DNA from: Hypanus sabinus
Lineage: Eukaryota
Assembly (NCBI RefSeq): GCF_030144855.1
Contig: NC_082731.1
Coordinates: forward strand, 23,002,001 to 23,066,000
Direction of reading: 5' to 3'
DNA: 64,000 nucleotides
Part shown: one piece after another, positions 62,961 through 64,000 of the stretch
Layout: each line of letters starts with the position of its first letter
How positions within the stretch are numbered: position 1 is the first letter of the stretch
Notes under the pieces: generated by a model
The model's database searches: none
What the model was told of the DNA's origin: nothing
The model's input: the letters and a program-made list of their open reading frames with translations, nothing else
Position numbers and translations under genes: made by a program

Positions 62961-63911
62961 GCCCCTGCTTCTGCAATGAACATTGAAACATACAACGACT
63001 GTGTGTTATACACTACATATTCAGCAATAAAAAGAAAACACTCAGCAGACTGGCAGGGATATCAGAAGCAAGATGTCATTTTATGATGTGTATTGTACTT
63101 AACATTTGATTTTACTGTTGTCGAGTTGCTCTCTTTCTCTCTCTGTCCGCCCCTTTCTCGCCGTCCTTTCCGCTCCCTCTCTCGTTCTGTATATCTCTTT
63201 ATCTTAGTTACTCACTTAGTCAATTACTCATTATAAATTCCAACAGTGGTCCATTAACTGATTTATTTTGGTTCTCTTACAGCACGTTTGTCACAGATGG
63301 ACGCAATCCACTTGTACTTGCAGATAAACATAGAAGGATGGAAATCCAACAGCAAAATGCAAACCCTTCGACCATCAAAGCAGTGCCGAACAGGTCGTAC
63401 CTTACAAGTTATCTAGTGTAATTCACAGCCCTCTATTTTTCGAAGCTCCATATACCTATACAGGAACCTCTTAAAAGACCCCATCGTTTATTGCTTCCAG
63501 CAGCAACCCTATTTCCGTAGCTGGCATTAAAGTGCAAGAAGATTTTGAATTACCTTATTCGTTATTCCTGCCCCATTCTTCCTTTACAGGAAACCATATT
63601 TTATGTCAGCGTTGGCAAAACATCCAGGAAAACAGATTCAGATCATTATGTTGTTGATTTGAAATGACTTTCCTTTTAGCTTCTTCACATGCATGAGGAG
63701 TAAACAACGTTACTTGATGTCATTGTTTCAATGTGCAATGACCAGTCATAGCAATTTAAAATAATTCATCATCAATAGAACAGTGAACGTGAGATGTTAA
63801 TACGCTCGTCATCGTGAGTTAACCAGTCTGATGGGTAAGTGGAAGAAGCTGTCCCTGAGCCTGTTTGTCCTGGATTTTATGCCGGATGGTAGCAGCTGTA
63901 ATAGATTGGCT

Positions 63912-63950
63912 AGTCCTGACGAAGTGTCGCGGCCCGAAACGTCGACAGCG
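63912..63950 (+). ncRNA. Minimal type I hammerhead ribozyme motif at a Penelope-like element end (element runs off the window)
   Basis: GTC-CTGACGA-A-GTGTC-GC-GGCCC-GAAAC-GTC-GAC. Core CUGANGA at 63916-63922, GAAAC at 63936-63940, GUC triplet at 63941-63943. Stem II has one mismatch. Confidence 0.65.
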
Positions 63951-64000
63951 CTTCTCACTGTAGATACTGCCTGGCCTGCTGTGTTCCACCAGCATTTTGT

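Larger units (their letters stand above)
40868..63907 (+). repeat. Segmental duplication, unit 2 (incomplete in window)
   Basis: Colinear with 1-31162. It lacks the 5.2-kb block (~10980-16225) and the hAT/L1 insertion. It has its own extra segments (~45100-45455, 50632-51138, ~52850-53400, 58467-58622). Confidence 0.95.

Overview
Vertebrate genomic DNA, most likely a cartilaginous fish (inferred from the CR1 and Penelope repeat types and the V-gene style). It lies inside a T-cell receptor alpha/delta variable-segment array. The window holds about 1.5 copies of a ~40.9-kb tandem cassette (1-~31160 pairs with ~40868-63907; roughly 80% identity by eye). Each copy has one intact leader+V exon with a 23-bp-spacer RSS (395-882 and 41259-41745). 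Both V exons carry Leu in place of the conserved Trp41, and they differ mainly in CDR1, CDR2 and HV4. Each copy also hides decayed V segments of other families: one well supported (9193-9501 / 51140-51408) and several weaker ones. A 60-bp copy of the second V's CDR2 region sits 1.8 kb upstream of it, between the arms of a ~140-bp tandem duplication (39739-39798). The rest is layered transposon debris. This includes CR1, L2-like and NeSL/Hero LINEs, Gypsy and ERV relics, and a hAT element containing a full-length, 5'-inverted L1. There are also two Penelope-type ends, one with a hammerhead ribozyme core and one forming a near-perfect palindrome. No D, J or C segments, tRNA/rRNA genes or CRISPR arrays were seen. 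TE family calls rest on motif recall, not database searches, and their boundaries are approximate.
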